Position numbers and translations under genes: made by a program. A DNA stretch of 64,000 bases from a bacterium. GTDB taxonomy: Bacteria; DRYD01. How positions within the stretch are numbered: the first letter of the stretch is position 1; the number at the start of each line of letters is the position of its first letter. The notes beneath the pieces are model-generated. The model did no database searches. It saw only the letters and a program-made list of their open reading frames with translations, and was not told the DNA's origin. Below are positions 49,549 through 59,220 of the stretch, piece after piece. Location: positions 6,739 through 70,738 of the forward strand of contig JAUQQQ010000005.1 in the NCBI GenBank assembly GCA_030549815.1, read 5' to 3'.

Positions 49549-50580
49549 CTATATTTTTAATACCGCTCTCAATTTAGCTTTACCATTTCTCACTAAATCC
49601 AATGCTTTTTCTAATTCATTAAATTCAAAAACTTGCACAATAGGTTTTAAATTATTAGAAATAGAAATTTTCAGAGTTTCTAATAAATCCATTCTGCTAC
49701 CAACAGCATTCCCCGTAAGAACCAGATTTTTCGAAATTAATTCTATAGGCTTAAAATTTAGGTCATCAATATGTGCTCCAACAAAAGATATTTTTCCATA
49801 GGGTCTGAGATAAGAGATGAACTTTGTTGCTACTTGGGAATTAGGTAATGTAGAAAGAACAACATCCACTTTTCCCATTCTTTCAATTTCATCATAAGTT
49901 AAAAAATCATCTGCTCCCAATTGATAAGCCAAATCTTTTTTAGTTTTGTCCGAAGAAAAAACTATAGTATAAGCACCAAAAAGTTTAGAATATTGCACTG
50001 CCATATGTCCTAATCCACCAAGCCCTAATATTGCTACCTTTTGATAAGGATGGATATTTAATTTTTTAAGAGCAGTGTAAGTAGTTAAGCCAGCACAATA
50101 AAGGGGAGCAATCTCCTCTAACTTCCATTTACTAATATCCACCACCTTATTAACAGCTATAGCAAAATTTTTATTAACAACACAATATTCAGAATACCCA
50201 CCAATAACGTCTATCCCTGTAACCTTTCTTTTTTCACAAAACTGTTCACTACTATTGAAACAATATTCACAACTACAACAAGATGAATGAACCCATGGTA
50301 ACCCAACAACATCACCTATATCAACATTGTCAACATTTTTTCCAATTTTAACAACTTTTCCTACTACTTCATGGCCAGGTGTAAGTGGATATTTAACAAA
50401 TCCTCGTTTCTCCCAATCTCCATCGATTATATGTATATCGCTATGGCAAATACCACAATATTCAACCTTTATAAGTATATCGTCATCACTCAACACAAGA
50501 CCATCATCGTTTTTTATACTCAGCTTTTTAGGTTCAAAACAAACCCATCTTTTATAATCCAACTTCTCGATAACATTCAT
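49549..50580 (-). CDS. Zinc-dependent alcohol dehydrogenase (MDR superfamily)
   Basis: GICHSDIH (catalytic Zn Cys/His), GHEVVGKVVKIG, structural-Zn Cys cluster (CCSCEYC...C) and Rossmann VAILGLGGLGHMAVQ. Confidence 0.8.
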   Translation of the reverse strand: MNVIEKLDYKRWVCFEPKKLSIKNDDGLVLSDDDILIKVEYCGICHSDIHIIDGDWEKRGFVKYPLTPGHEVVGKVVKIGKNVDNVDIGDVVGLPWVHSSCCSCEYCFNSSEQFCEKRKVTGIDVIGGYSEYCVVNKNFAIAVNKVVDISKWKLEEIAPLYCAGLTTYTALKKLNIHPYQKVAILGLGGLGHMAVQYSKLFGAYTIVFSSDKTKKDLAYQLGADDFLTYDEIERMGKVDVVLSTLPNSQVATKFISYLRPYGKISFVGAHIDDLNFKPIELISKNLVLTGNAVGSRMDLLETLKISISNNLKPIVQVFEFNELEKALDLVRNGKAKLRAVLKI

Positions 50581-50717
50581 ACTTTTACCCCCTTTCCAAC
50601 AATAAAAAATTTTCTGAAAAAATTGAAAAAACCTTCTGAAATTTTGAAAAAAGGTATTGGTAATAAGTAGGTAGAATATAAAAATGGGAATATTTAAGTT
50701 TAAGGGGGTAGTTTTTT

Positions 50718-51554
50718 ATGAGAAAAAAAGTAGGAAAAAAGATATTAAGAAGTTTATTAACTCTGGCAATAATTATTTCAATTTTCACTATCTCTTTTGC
50801 TCAAAATCTGTATATTTTCATACATAATAAACCTTTTAAAGGAGATTACATCTATCAAGGAAATAGAATATACGTTGAACTAAAAGAATTTGTAAAAATG
50901 ACAAATCTAAAAATGTATAACCAAGGTAATTACTACGTTTTAAGTGATAAGAATATCATACCTCCATCGACATTTACAAGCTTAGTCTATTTCAATAACA
51001 AACCATTAAAATATGTTATTTTCCAAAACTCCAAAGTTTATATAGATCTCTTTGAAATAGCATCCTTTACAAAAGCAACAGTAGAATTCAGTAAAGACAC
51101 AGGAATAGTAGATTACTACAATAAACAAAAAATAGAATCAACAGCAGAAGAAGTTTACAAAGCAACTCAACAAGTATACAATACTAAACAAGAAATATAT
51201 TCTAAAGATAAAAAGAAAATACAAGCAGGAGAAAAACCCAAAATCCCCGCAGACGCAATAAAAATAATAGATGAAAATCCCCAATATGATGACAGAAACA
51301 ACAGAGGAGAACTCAGATATACAGCCAAAGTTAAAAACACATACAAAGAACCAATAGAGGATATAAAAGTTAAAATAAAAGTTGTCAGCTTAGCAAACGA
51401 TGTATTGTACGAACAAGTATTCACTTTTTCTAAACTTCAACCCGGAGAAACTAAAGAAATAAGTCTCTATTGGATAAACAACTCCACTGTGCCCAACCCT
51501 CAAATAAAACATGAAATCGATTTCAAAGGTAAAGAAGAACAAGAAAAGCAATAA
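50718..51554 (+). CDS. Hypothetical secreted protein
   Basis: 278 aa. Signal peptide (LRSLLTLAIIISIFTISFA|QN). No recognisable motif. Confidence 0.4.
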   Translation: MRKKVGKKILRSLLTLAIIISIFTISFAQNLYIFIHNKPFKGDYIYQGNRIYVELKEFVKMTNLKMYNQGNYYVLSDKNIIPPSTFTSLVYFNNKPLKYVIFQNSKVYIDLFEIASFTKATVEFSKDTGIVDYYNKQKIESTAEEVYKATQQVYNTKQEIYSKDKKKIQAGEKPKIPADAIKIIDENPQYDDRNNRGELRYTAKVKNTYKEPIEDIKVKIKVVSLANDVLYEQVFTFSKLQPGETKEISLYWINNSTVPNPQIKHEIDFKGKEEQEKQ

Positions 51555-51575
51555 AAAATAACAAAGAATTTAACA

Positions 51576-52154
51576 GTGAAGTTAATTAATAAAATCAAAA
51601 ATAGGTTTAAAAATTTTATAAAGAGAAACATAATACTACTAGTTCCAACTTTAATCTATGATAGCATAGAAAAAATACCAATTAATGAATTAAAAAAAAT
51701 AAATGTTAATACTTTATTAATAGACTTGGATAACACATTAGTTCCATGGCACAAAAATGAAATACCGGCAAAGATAATTAATTACTTGCAAAATTTAAAA
51801 AAAGAAGGATTTAAAATATGCATAGTCTCAAACGCTTTACCCTTTAGAGTGAAAAAAATCAGCAAAGAGTTGAACATTCCCTACATAGCATTAGCAATAA
51901 AACCCTCAACAAAGCCATTAAGGAAAGCCATAAAGTTATTAAACTCAAATATAGAAAATACTGCAATAATAGGAGATCAATTATTTACCGACGTATTAGC
52001 AGGAAATAGGTTAGGAATAAAAACTATTTTCGTTAAACCATTAGCAAAATTTGAATTAATTACATCAAAATTCATTAGATTAATAGAAAAAAGAATTATC
52101 TCATACTTAATCAAAAAAAATTACATAAAGAAAGAAAAAAAACAAGGGGTATAA
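51576..52154 (+). CDS. HAD-superfamily phosphatase, YqeG-like (subfamily IIIA)
   Basis: LIDLDNTLVPW (the HAD motif I DxD). K..G.KICIVSNA. IGDQLFTDVLAGNRLG (motif IV). Length 192 aa. Confidence 0.65.
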   Translation: MKLINKIKNRFKNFIKRNIILLVPTLIYDSIEKIPINELKKINVNTLLIDLDNTLVPWHKNEIPAKIINYLQNLKKEGFKICIVSNALPFRVKKISKELNIPYIALAIKPSTKPLRKAIKLLNSNIENTAIIGDQLFTDVLAGNRLGIKTIFVKPLAKFELITSKFIRLIEKRIISYLIKKNYIKKEKKQGV

Positions 52155-52157
52155 AAA

Positions 52158-52817
52158 ATGAGAAAAGGGATAATTTGGTCTTATACCAAAGGAGAATTTG
52201 TAATATTCGATCACTACTATTTCTCAAAACTATACAAATATATTAATACCAATTACAATCTTTTTATACCGACAAAATTCAGTAGTTTACTTAAAGCAGC
52301 AAATAATGATAATTTTAATATGATTGTGTTTAACTACCCTGAAAAACCGTTTACCAAAAATCAAATAAAATCAATAATTAATTTATTCAAGAATGGAAAA
52401 ACTATTCTATTCTTAACTTACTATAAAAACGAAGATAATAGTAGCAAAATAGCAAATTCTGTTCTCAAAAATTTCGGTTTATCAATAAAATACGACGAAA
52501 TAACTCAAAAAGAAAATATTCATGACAATGATAAATATCTTGTAATAACATCAAAAATAGCAAGTAATCTTAAAGAAAATGTGAATAAAGTCATAATGCC
52601 ATGTGCTTCTAGCATAGAAATAAAAGAAAAAAAAGGAATGGAATATAAAATTTTACTTTCATCAGAAGAAGATAACAAAGTAATAGCAGCGGAAGCAAAA
52701 GGAAAAGGAAGGATCATAGCTTTCGGGACCTGCGTCTTCTGGGACAATTTCTCAATATCGATGTATGACAATTTACAATTCACAAAAAATTTAATAAATT
52801 ATTGCATGGAGGGATAA
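52158..52817 (+). CDS. Hypothetical protein
   Basis: 219-aa ORF with no recognisable motifs. Tightly packed with the flanking genes. Confidence 0.35.
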   Translation: MRKGIIWSYTKGEFVIFDHYYFSKLYKYINTNYNLFIPTKFSSLLKAANNDNFNMIVFNYPEKPFTKNQIKSIINLFKNGKTILFLTYYKNEDNSSKIANSVLKNFGLSIKYDEITQKENIHDNDKYLVITSKIASNLKENVNKVIMPCASSIEIKEKKGMEYKILLSSEEDNKVIAAEAKGKGRIIAFGTCVFWDNFSISMYDNLQFTKNLINYCMEG

Positions 52818-52820
52818 GAA

Positions 52821-53312
52821 ATGGAAAACCTCTACATATTGCTTAATAAATTAGAATCATTAATGAAAAAGAAAGTTTTCGGTTTATCAATAGTAAAAAC
52901 CAAAGAAGCTTTATCAATCATTAATAAAATCAGACAAATTTTAACAGAAGGTTACACACCAATAGAAGAAGTTACAAAATTAAGAAAAGAGCTGGAAACA
53001 ACAAGAATAGAACTTAATAATTTGAAAAGTAATTTAGTAGAAAATGAAGAGATAGTAAAAATGGCAAGGTCCAAAGCACAAGAAATTGAAACATATGCAA
53101 AAGAAGAAGCTCAATTGATTATTAGTGAGGCAGAAAAGTATGCCATCAAGGTCCTCTCTCATTTTGAAGAAGAACTAAAAAAATTATTGTCTATAGTACA
53201 GAATAGCAAGAAAAATTTAGAAGCCGAAATACAATTGGAAACTAATAAAGTAGGAGCCAAGAAAATAGAAACTAATCAGGAATTGAAAAAGGTTAATATA
53301 AAATTAAAGTGA
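52821..53312 (+). CDS. Hypothetical coiled-coil protein
   Basis: 163 aa, K/E-rich with heptad character. A weak hairpin (CCGCT-N8-AGCGG) follows. Confidence 0.35.
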   Translation: MENLYILLNKLESLMKKKVFGLSIVKTKEALSIINKIRQILTEGYTPIEEVTKLRKELETTRIELNNLKSNLVENEEIVKMARSKAQEIETYAKEEAQLIISEAEKYAIKVLSHFEEELKKLLSIVQNSKKNLEAEIQLETNKVGAKKIETNQELKKVNIKLK

Positions 53313-53367
53313 AAACCGCTAAACTGGAAGCGGTATAAAAGTATCCAGTTACTAAAAGGAGGTCTAT

Positions 53368-54081
53368 ATGAATCAAATAAATCTTGAATACAAAATGAAA
53401 GAAGGCCAAACTTACTTATATGATGTATACATAACTAACACCAAAATATTTAAAGATGGAGAAAGAGAAGAAAAAGAGATAGATGAAATGAAATTAAAAC
53501 TTTCTCAAAAAGTTGTAAAAGTTTTACCAAATCAAACATATGAATTGGAAATAGAAATAGAACCAATTTCCTTCCTAAGAAATTCAAACCCGCAAGAAAT
53601 AGCAATACCTTCACAGATGATGAAAATGACAATGGATAAAAAAGGTAAAGTTTTAGCATCAACGATGGACAGCCCCGTAAATTCTCCAAACTTCCCAGAA
53701 AAACCAATAAGTATAGGAGAAACATGGATCTCTCCTGCAGAACTGAAATTACAAGATGGAGGAAATATAAAATTAAACTATTACTACACAGCAAAGGGAA
53801 TCGAAAAATACAAAAACTACGAAACAGTCTTAATAGAAGTAAATAGCGACGAATGGACAAATAAAACTCAAGATGTCAGTCAATACCTAAAATCCAAAGG
53901 ATTCTCCTTATTCTCAGTTGAATATGGAGCACTTATGAAATCAGAAGTGGAAACAGAAGTAAAAGCAAGTATTGAAAGTCAAAATCAACACTTCATCTCA
54001 ATTGTTAAAGTAATTGTTGAATTAGATAAACTGTCTCAAAGAGATTTGGCAACAAGCGAAGAAGGTTTTATTATTAAATAA
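53368..54081 (+). CDS. Hypothetical protein
   Basis: 237 aa. SD AAAGGAGG upstream. No recognisable motifs. Confidence 0.35.
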   Translation: MNQINLEYKMKEGQTYLYDVYITNTKIFKDGEREEKEIDEMKLKLSQKVVKVLPNQTYELEIEIEPISFLRNSNPQEIAIPSQMMKMTMDKKGKVLASTMDSPVNSPNFPEKPISIGETWISPAELKLQDGGNIKLNYYYTAKGIEKYKNYETVLIEVNSDEWTNKTQDVSQYLKSKGFSLFSVEYGALMKSEVETEVKASIESQNQHFISIVKVIVELDKLSQRDLATSEEGFIIK

Positions 54082-54096
54082 AGGAGGCGGGTTAGT

Positions 54097-55428
54097 ATGG
54101 TTAAAACTCAAGATGTAATATCTATTCTGAAAGAGCAGAAGGTTCAAAGTATTAGAATGATGTTTGTGGATATCTTAGGGATACCTAAAGGGGTTCAAAT
54201 TCCTGTATCTCAAGCAAAAAAAATGCTGGATGGGGAAATACTATTCGATGGCTCATCCATAGAGGGATTTGTTAGAATAGAAGAATCTGATATGAAATTA
54301 GTTCCTGATTTAAATACATTCTGTGTAGCAGATTTAAAAGGTTACAACGAAGCGTTTGTAGTATGCGATGTTTATTATCCAAATGGTAAAAGGTTTGAAG
54401 GTGACCCCAGATTTATATTACAAAGGGTTCAAGAAAAAGCCCAAAAAATGGGATATATTCCAATGGTCGGAGTGGAAGCAGAATTCTTTCTCTTCCCTCT
54501 TGATACAACCAATGGATTTAATGTCATGCCTCTATTAGAACATACCGATTGCGGTGGATACTTTGATATGTTGTCATTAGATGCTGCTGAAGAGGTAAAA
54601 TTAGATATCCTAAAAAAGTTAGAAGAATTCGGCTTTGAAGTGGAAGCATTACATCACGAAGTAGCACCTTCACAACATGAAATAGATTTTAAATATAGTG
54701 ATGCTTTAACAACAGCAGATAGATTGCTACTTTTTAAGATGATAGTTAAAACAGTAGCTTTAAAACATGGATTACACGCAACCTTCTTACCCAAACCTAT
54801 AAAAGGAATAAATGGGTCTGGATTACATATGCATCAATCATTATTCAAAGGAGAAATAAACGCATTTTTTGATATGAAATCATCAAATGGAATAAGTGAA
54901 ACAATGCTAAACTACATTGGTGGTATATTCAGACATGTAAAAGGATTTACAGCAGTAACCAATCCTTTAGTTAATTCATATAAGAGATTGGTTCCTGGGT
55001 ATGAAGCTCCAGCTTATGTATCATGGGGAGAACACAATAGGAGTCCTTTGATAAGAATACCTGCCAAAAGAGGTAATTCAACAAGAATAGAATTGAGAAG
55101 CCCAGATCCATCATGTAATCCCTACCTTGCTTTTGCAGTTATAATAAACTCAGGATTAGATGGTATAATAAATAAAGCACAACCTCCAAAACCTGTTGAT
55201 ATAAACGTTTATGAATTAGATGATCAAATGATGAAGAAATACAAAATAGAAAAACTACCTGCTAATTTATACGAAGCCTTAGTTGAAATGCAAAAAGACA
55301 GTTTAATTAAAGAAACACTTGGAGAACATATATACACGAATTTTATTAACGCAAAGTTAAAAGAATGGAAAGATTACTCAACTGAAATAACTCCTTGGGA
55401 ATTAGAAAAATATTTCAAAATTTATTAA
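54097..55428 (+). CDS. glnA: Glutamine synthetase, type I
   Basis: FDGSSIEGF. Metal/ATP-site blocks (EAEFFLFP, KP..G.NGSGLH.HQS, NPYLAFA). 443 aa. Confidence 0.9.
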   Translation: MVKTQDVISILKEQKVQSIRMMFVDILGIPKGVQIPVSQAKKMLDGEILFDGSSIEGFVRIEESDMKLVPDLNTFCVADLKGYNEAFVVCDVYYPNGKRFEGDPRFILQRVQEKAQKMGYIPMVGVEAEFFLFPLDTTNGFNVMPLLEHTDCGGYFDMLSLDAAEEVKLDILKKLEEFGFEVEALHHEVAPSQHEIDFKYSDALTTADRLLLFKMIVKTVALKHGLHATFLPKPIKGINGSGLHMHQSLFKGEINAFFDMKSSNGISETMLNYIGGIFRHVKGFTAVTNPLVNSYKRLVPGYEAPAYVSWGEHNRSPLIRIPAKRGNSTRIELRSPDPSCNPYLAFAVIINSGLDGIINKAQPPKPVDINVYELDDQMMKKYKIEKLPANLYEALVEMQKDSLIKETLGEHIYTNFINAKLKEWKDYSTEITPWELEKYFKIY

Positions 55429-55440
55429 AAACACGAATTA

Positions 55441-56349
55441 ATGTATGAAACAATAAAATCTTTTGCTAAAATTAACTGGGTTTTAGAAATACTTAGTTTA
55501 AGACAAGATAATTATCATAATATTTCTTCAGTTTTTGATTTTGTTGACTTATATGATAAAATTCACGTAAAGATAGAAGAAAGTAATAAATGTGATATAA
55601 ACATAAGGTCTAATTTAAAAGAATTAGAAAAAAATAATATTTTACATAAAGTTGTTGAAATTTTAGATTATATTAAGGGGGGAGCCAAATACAAGCTTGA
55701 TATTTTTTTGGAAAAAAACATTCCATTAAAAGCGGGCTTGGGAGGAGGTAGCTCTAACGCCGCAAGCTTAATATATTTCCTCTTTTCAAAAAAAATCGTA
55801 GACTTAAAACAATCAATAAAAATATGTAAGGAAACAGGTAGTGATGTCCTACCAATTTTTCTTTTATATCTTTACAAAAATTATTATATAGCATGTTTTG
55901 AAAAACAAAACATTTGTGTTAATATAAAAAAAAATTTACTAAACAGTTTTGAATTTTACCTAATTAATTCGTCAATTGGAATAAAAACAGAAGAAGCATA
56001 CAAAGCATATGATAAAATCCTTATAAACAAAAACTATATGATCGGAAACAATACTTATCGATTTATCTATTTTTCAAAAAAAAATATATTAGATATTTAC
56101 TTTCCTTTTCTCACGCACAATGATTTTGAAAAAATAGTTTATAATAAATTTTCGGTAATTGATGAAGTTAGAAAAACGATAGAAGAGGAGTTTAAAGGAA
56201 AAGTAAGAATCCTATTGTGCGGCAGTGGTAGTAGCTTGATTTCTATCCTACCAAAAGATAAAAACAATAAAAAGGAAATTTGGGAAAAAATAAAAAAACA
56301 TTTTCCAGAAATAAATATAAGAAAAGTTAACTATGTCCATCATCTTTAA
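55441..56349 (+). CDS. ispE: GHMP-family kinase, 4-diphosphocytidyl-2-C-methyl-D-erythritol kinase-like
   Basis: AKINWVLEIL (the IspE N-terminal K.N..L.V pattern). GHMP ATP-binding motif IPLKAGLGGGSSNAASL. Confidence 0.6.
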   Translation: MYETIKSFAKINWVLEILSLRQDNYHNISSVFDFVDLYDKIHVKIEESNKCDINIRSNLKELEKNNILHKVVEILDYIKGGAKYKLDIFLEKNIPLKAGLGGGSSNAASLIYFLFSKKIVDLKQSIKICKETGSDVLPIFLLYLYKNYYIACFEKQNICVNIKKNLLNSFEFYLINSSIGIKTEEAYKAYDKILINKNYMIGNNTYRFIYFSKKNILDIYFPFLTHNDFEKIVYNKFSVIDEVRKTIEEEFKGKVRILLCGSGSSLISILPKDKNNKKEIWEKIKKHFPEINIRKVNYVHHL

Positions 56350-58099
56350 ATTAGAAGAAGGAAAACTAATTAAATTAGAACTTGAAGAATTAGAAAAACT
56401 TGAAAATTATGATAATAGTTTAGGAAAAACTTTTTTCTATAACGAATATGTTTTAAAAGTTTTTCCCATAAATCCTATAACAGAAAACATAATCGGAAAA
56501 TTTAAATTCTTGAATAAAAAAATTTCTTCAATAAACGATAATTTTAAAAATTTAAAAAAATTTATTTTCTACAGATCAATTCCATTGAGTTGTTTTATTG
56601 ATGCAAAAAATGTATTACGTTTTCTTCCTCAAAAAAACAAAAATACCCCAGCTGAAAGGTTAATTTGGTTTATATTTAGTAAAATAGAAGGGATTAGTTT
56701 AGACGAGTATTTAGAAAATGAGTCTCCTTTCAGCAAAAAAAGAATAAACATTGCAGAGAAAATAATAAACATCGTCAATTTTTGTAATAAACAAGGTATA
56801 ATTATTAATGACATCTATCAAGATAATTTCATAATAGACAAAGATATGAATGTTTATATTCTTGATTTATACAAATGCGGAATATTAAATGAAGATGATT
56901 ATTGGGAATGGGAACCGATAATATCAATAAAAGAAGAGCTCTTCTATCCACCTGAAGCCATACTAACTGAAGCCATACTAAAACAAAAAATCAATAAAAA
57001 CATAGAAAATTGGGCTCTTGTTTATCTAATTTTCTGGATATTAACTGGCCTAAAACCCTTTGATTTTTTACCTCAAAACAATCATAAAAACCTTGAAACT
57101 TTTATTCTAAACATCGATAAACCCATAGTATCCTGGCCCCCACTAATTACAACATTTCAAGAATCATCAAAAAAAATTATCTCTTCAAAAACAATAAAAA
57201 AAGAAAAATACGAGATATTCCGAAATTTATGCAATGAATTGGATAATGAAGATATAAAGGCGAAAATTTTTGAACTCTCATTCAACACTTTTATAAAAGG
57301 ATACCTTGATCAAAATTACAGGTTTTCAGCAGAACAAATAAAAAATTTTCTTTTCAAAAGCTCAAGAAAAAATACCGAATTTAGCGAATTTGGATTCCCA
57401 TCTACACAAACAAAAGAAAATATTGAAAACTTAATTGAAGACAAAGATCAAAAAGAACAAAAAAAAGAAGAAGAAATAAAAGTAAAACCACAAACTACAA
57501 AAAAACAAGAAACAAACGAAGAAAAATTAAAAATAATTAAAAACCTTCCAATCTCAACAAGAGAATATATAACTAAAATCATTAAACAATTGGAAAAAAC
57601 AAGATTATATAACAAAGAAGTGGAAAAAAATATAGAAGAAATAATCAAAAAACAACAGATAAACCTTGTTATAAATGTATTTATATCAACAAGAGATTTA
57701 AACACAGTGCTATGGCTTATATACATAATGAATACAGAATATTGGGAGTCCCTATTTAACCAGTTAACTAAATTATCTGAAATTCTAAACATTAGCATAT
57801 ACAAAGTAATAGAGCAAAAAGTTGTACCTATACTATATAAAAATCAAAACATCGAAGAAAATTATAAAGAAATTCTAAATCAAGTTCAATTAGAAATCTT
57901 AAGAGAAACAAAAAAACAAAATGACATAAAGATTAAAAATCTAACAAACATATTTTTAATAACAATCTCAATAATTTTTTTTCTCCTACCATTCATCCTG
58001 TTTTTCGTTTTTAAAATTAAAATTCTCTACATAATTCTTTTATACCCTGTTCTCTTTGGTTTATCAATGATAAGTTCTAAAATCTTGATACAACAATGA
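56333..58099 (+). CDS. Atypical protein-kinase-like domain protein with a K/E-rich region and C-terminal TM helices
   Basis: INDIYQDNFIID aligns with the kinase catalytic loop HRDLKPENILLD (Asp and Asn retained, HR lost). DLY replaces DFG. YPPEAI aligns with APE. ENWALVYLIFWILTGLKPF aligns with subdomain IX (DIWSLGVILYELLTG.PPF). Confidence 0.4.
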   Translation: MSIIFKLEEGKLIKLELEELEKLENYDNSLGKTFFYNEYVLKVFPINPITENIIGKFKFLNKKISSINDNFKNLKKFIFYRSIPLSCFIDAKNVLRFLPQKNKNTPAERLIWFIFSKIEGISLDEYLENESPFSKKRINIAEKIINIVNFCNKQGIIINDIYQDNFIIDKDMNVYILDLYKCGILNEDDYWEWEPIISIKEELFYPPEAILTEAILKQKINKNIENWALVYLIFWILTGLKPFDFLPQNNHKNLETFILNIDKPIVSWPPLITTFQESSKKIISSKTIKKEKYEIFRNLCNELDNEDIKAKIFELSFNTFIKGYLDQNYRFSAEQIKNFLFKSSRKNTEFSEFGFPSTQTKENIENLIEDKDQKEQKKEEEIKVKPQTTKKQETNEEKLKIIKNLPISTREYITKIIKQLEKTRLYNKEVEKNIEEIIKKQQINLVINVFISTRDLNTVLWLIYIMNTEYWESLFNQLTKLSEILNISIYKVIEQKVVPILYKNQNIEENYKEILNQVQLEILRETKKQNDIKIKNLTNIFLITISIIFFLLPFILFFVFKIKILYIILLYPVLFGLSMISSKILIQQ

Positions 58100-58950
58100 T
58101 ATACTTAATAACAGATTACGGAGAAAAAGATTATTTTGTTTGTGCTCTAAAAACAGTAATAATAAACTTTTGTAGAATTTTAAATACAAATCCAATTATT
58201 TTAGACATAACACACCATATTGATAGTTACAACGTATTTGAAGCTTTATTAAACATAAAAGGAATGTTAAATATAATTCCTAATAAATCTGTAATAGTTG
58301 GAGTAGTAGACCCGGAAGTAGGTTCAAATATAGAAGGATGCGTTTCTAAACATATCTTTAAAAATAAAGAAATATACTTTATTGGGAGAAACAATGGAAT
58401 ACTCGGAGCTTTTTACAAATCCAGACACATTTTTACTTACAAAATAGATATCAAAAAAATAGAAGAAAATATAAAAAGAAAAGGTATATTTTATAAAGCA
58501 GGAATAAAGGAAATAAGTAAAACTTTTCACGGCAGAGATGTATTCGCACCATTGTCGGCTATCCTTTACCATGACACCCAAAATAATACAAATCTGCTAA
58601 AAGAGTTCTTAAGTTCTAGAATAAAACCACTTTACTATAAAATACCAACAATAAAAAAAGAAAATAACAAAATAGTTGGAAAAATTATCTATACCGATAA
58701 GTTTGGCAACCTTATAACTAACATACCAATAAAAACACTAGAAAAAGCTAAAAAAGTAAGACTCGTTAATACTAATCAAAAGATAGATCTAAAAATTTTA
58801 AAAAATTACATTGAAGGTGAGAAAGAGGATCTATTTGCCGTCGGAGATAGTTTCGGATATTTAGAAATAAGTAGGTTTAAACAAAGTGCAGAAAAATTTT
58901 TAGAAAATTATGGTAATATTTGGAATTTTAGAGTAGAAGCGATATTTTGA
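58096..58950 (+). CDS. SAM hydroxide adenosyltransferase family protein (DUF62 / SalL-FlA-like)
   Basis: N-terminus MIYLITDYGEKDYFVCALKTVI (DUF62 TDFG..D.YVG.MKGV block). FHGRDVFAPLSA (FHGRDIFAP motif). Confidence 0.7.
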   Translation: MIYLITDYGEKDYFVCALKTVIINFCRILNTNPIILDITHHIDSYNVFEALLNIKGMLNIIPNKSVIVGVVDPEVGSNIEGCVSKHIFKNKEIYFIGRNNGILGAFYKSRHIFTYKIDIKKIEENIKRKGIFYKAGIKEISKTFHGRDVFAPLSAILYHDTQNNTNLLKEFLSSRIKPLYYKIPTIKKENNKIVGKIIYTDKFGNLITNIPIKTLEKAKKVRLVNTNQKIDLKILKNYIEGEKEDLFAVGDSFGYLEISRFKQSAEKFLENYGNIWNFRVEAIF

Positions 58951-59220
58951 AATATCCTTGGGTTCCAAGAATCCTTTACTTTTCAGATGAAATCTGTATG
59001 AAGCAATTATACATTGACATTTTGAGAAAAAACTATTGAAAAGATTAAAGAAGTTGTGCATAAAATAGCAAGAGAAATCGGTATCCAATCTTGACAGAGT
59101 TTTCAAAAACTTGTTTGCTGAAAGGACAAGAGTTTGTTTATTAAAGAAACTTCTACTTGAACCACCATTTGATGAGAGACTTCACGTAAAGAAAAGAGTA
59201 AAAAGCTTTTGTAAAGTATT

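Noticed and set aside
53313-53345. Hairpin CCGCT-N8-AGCGG after gene 52821-53312 as a terminator
   Set aside because: Short 5-bp stem with no following U-run. At best a weak pause or processing site.
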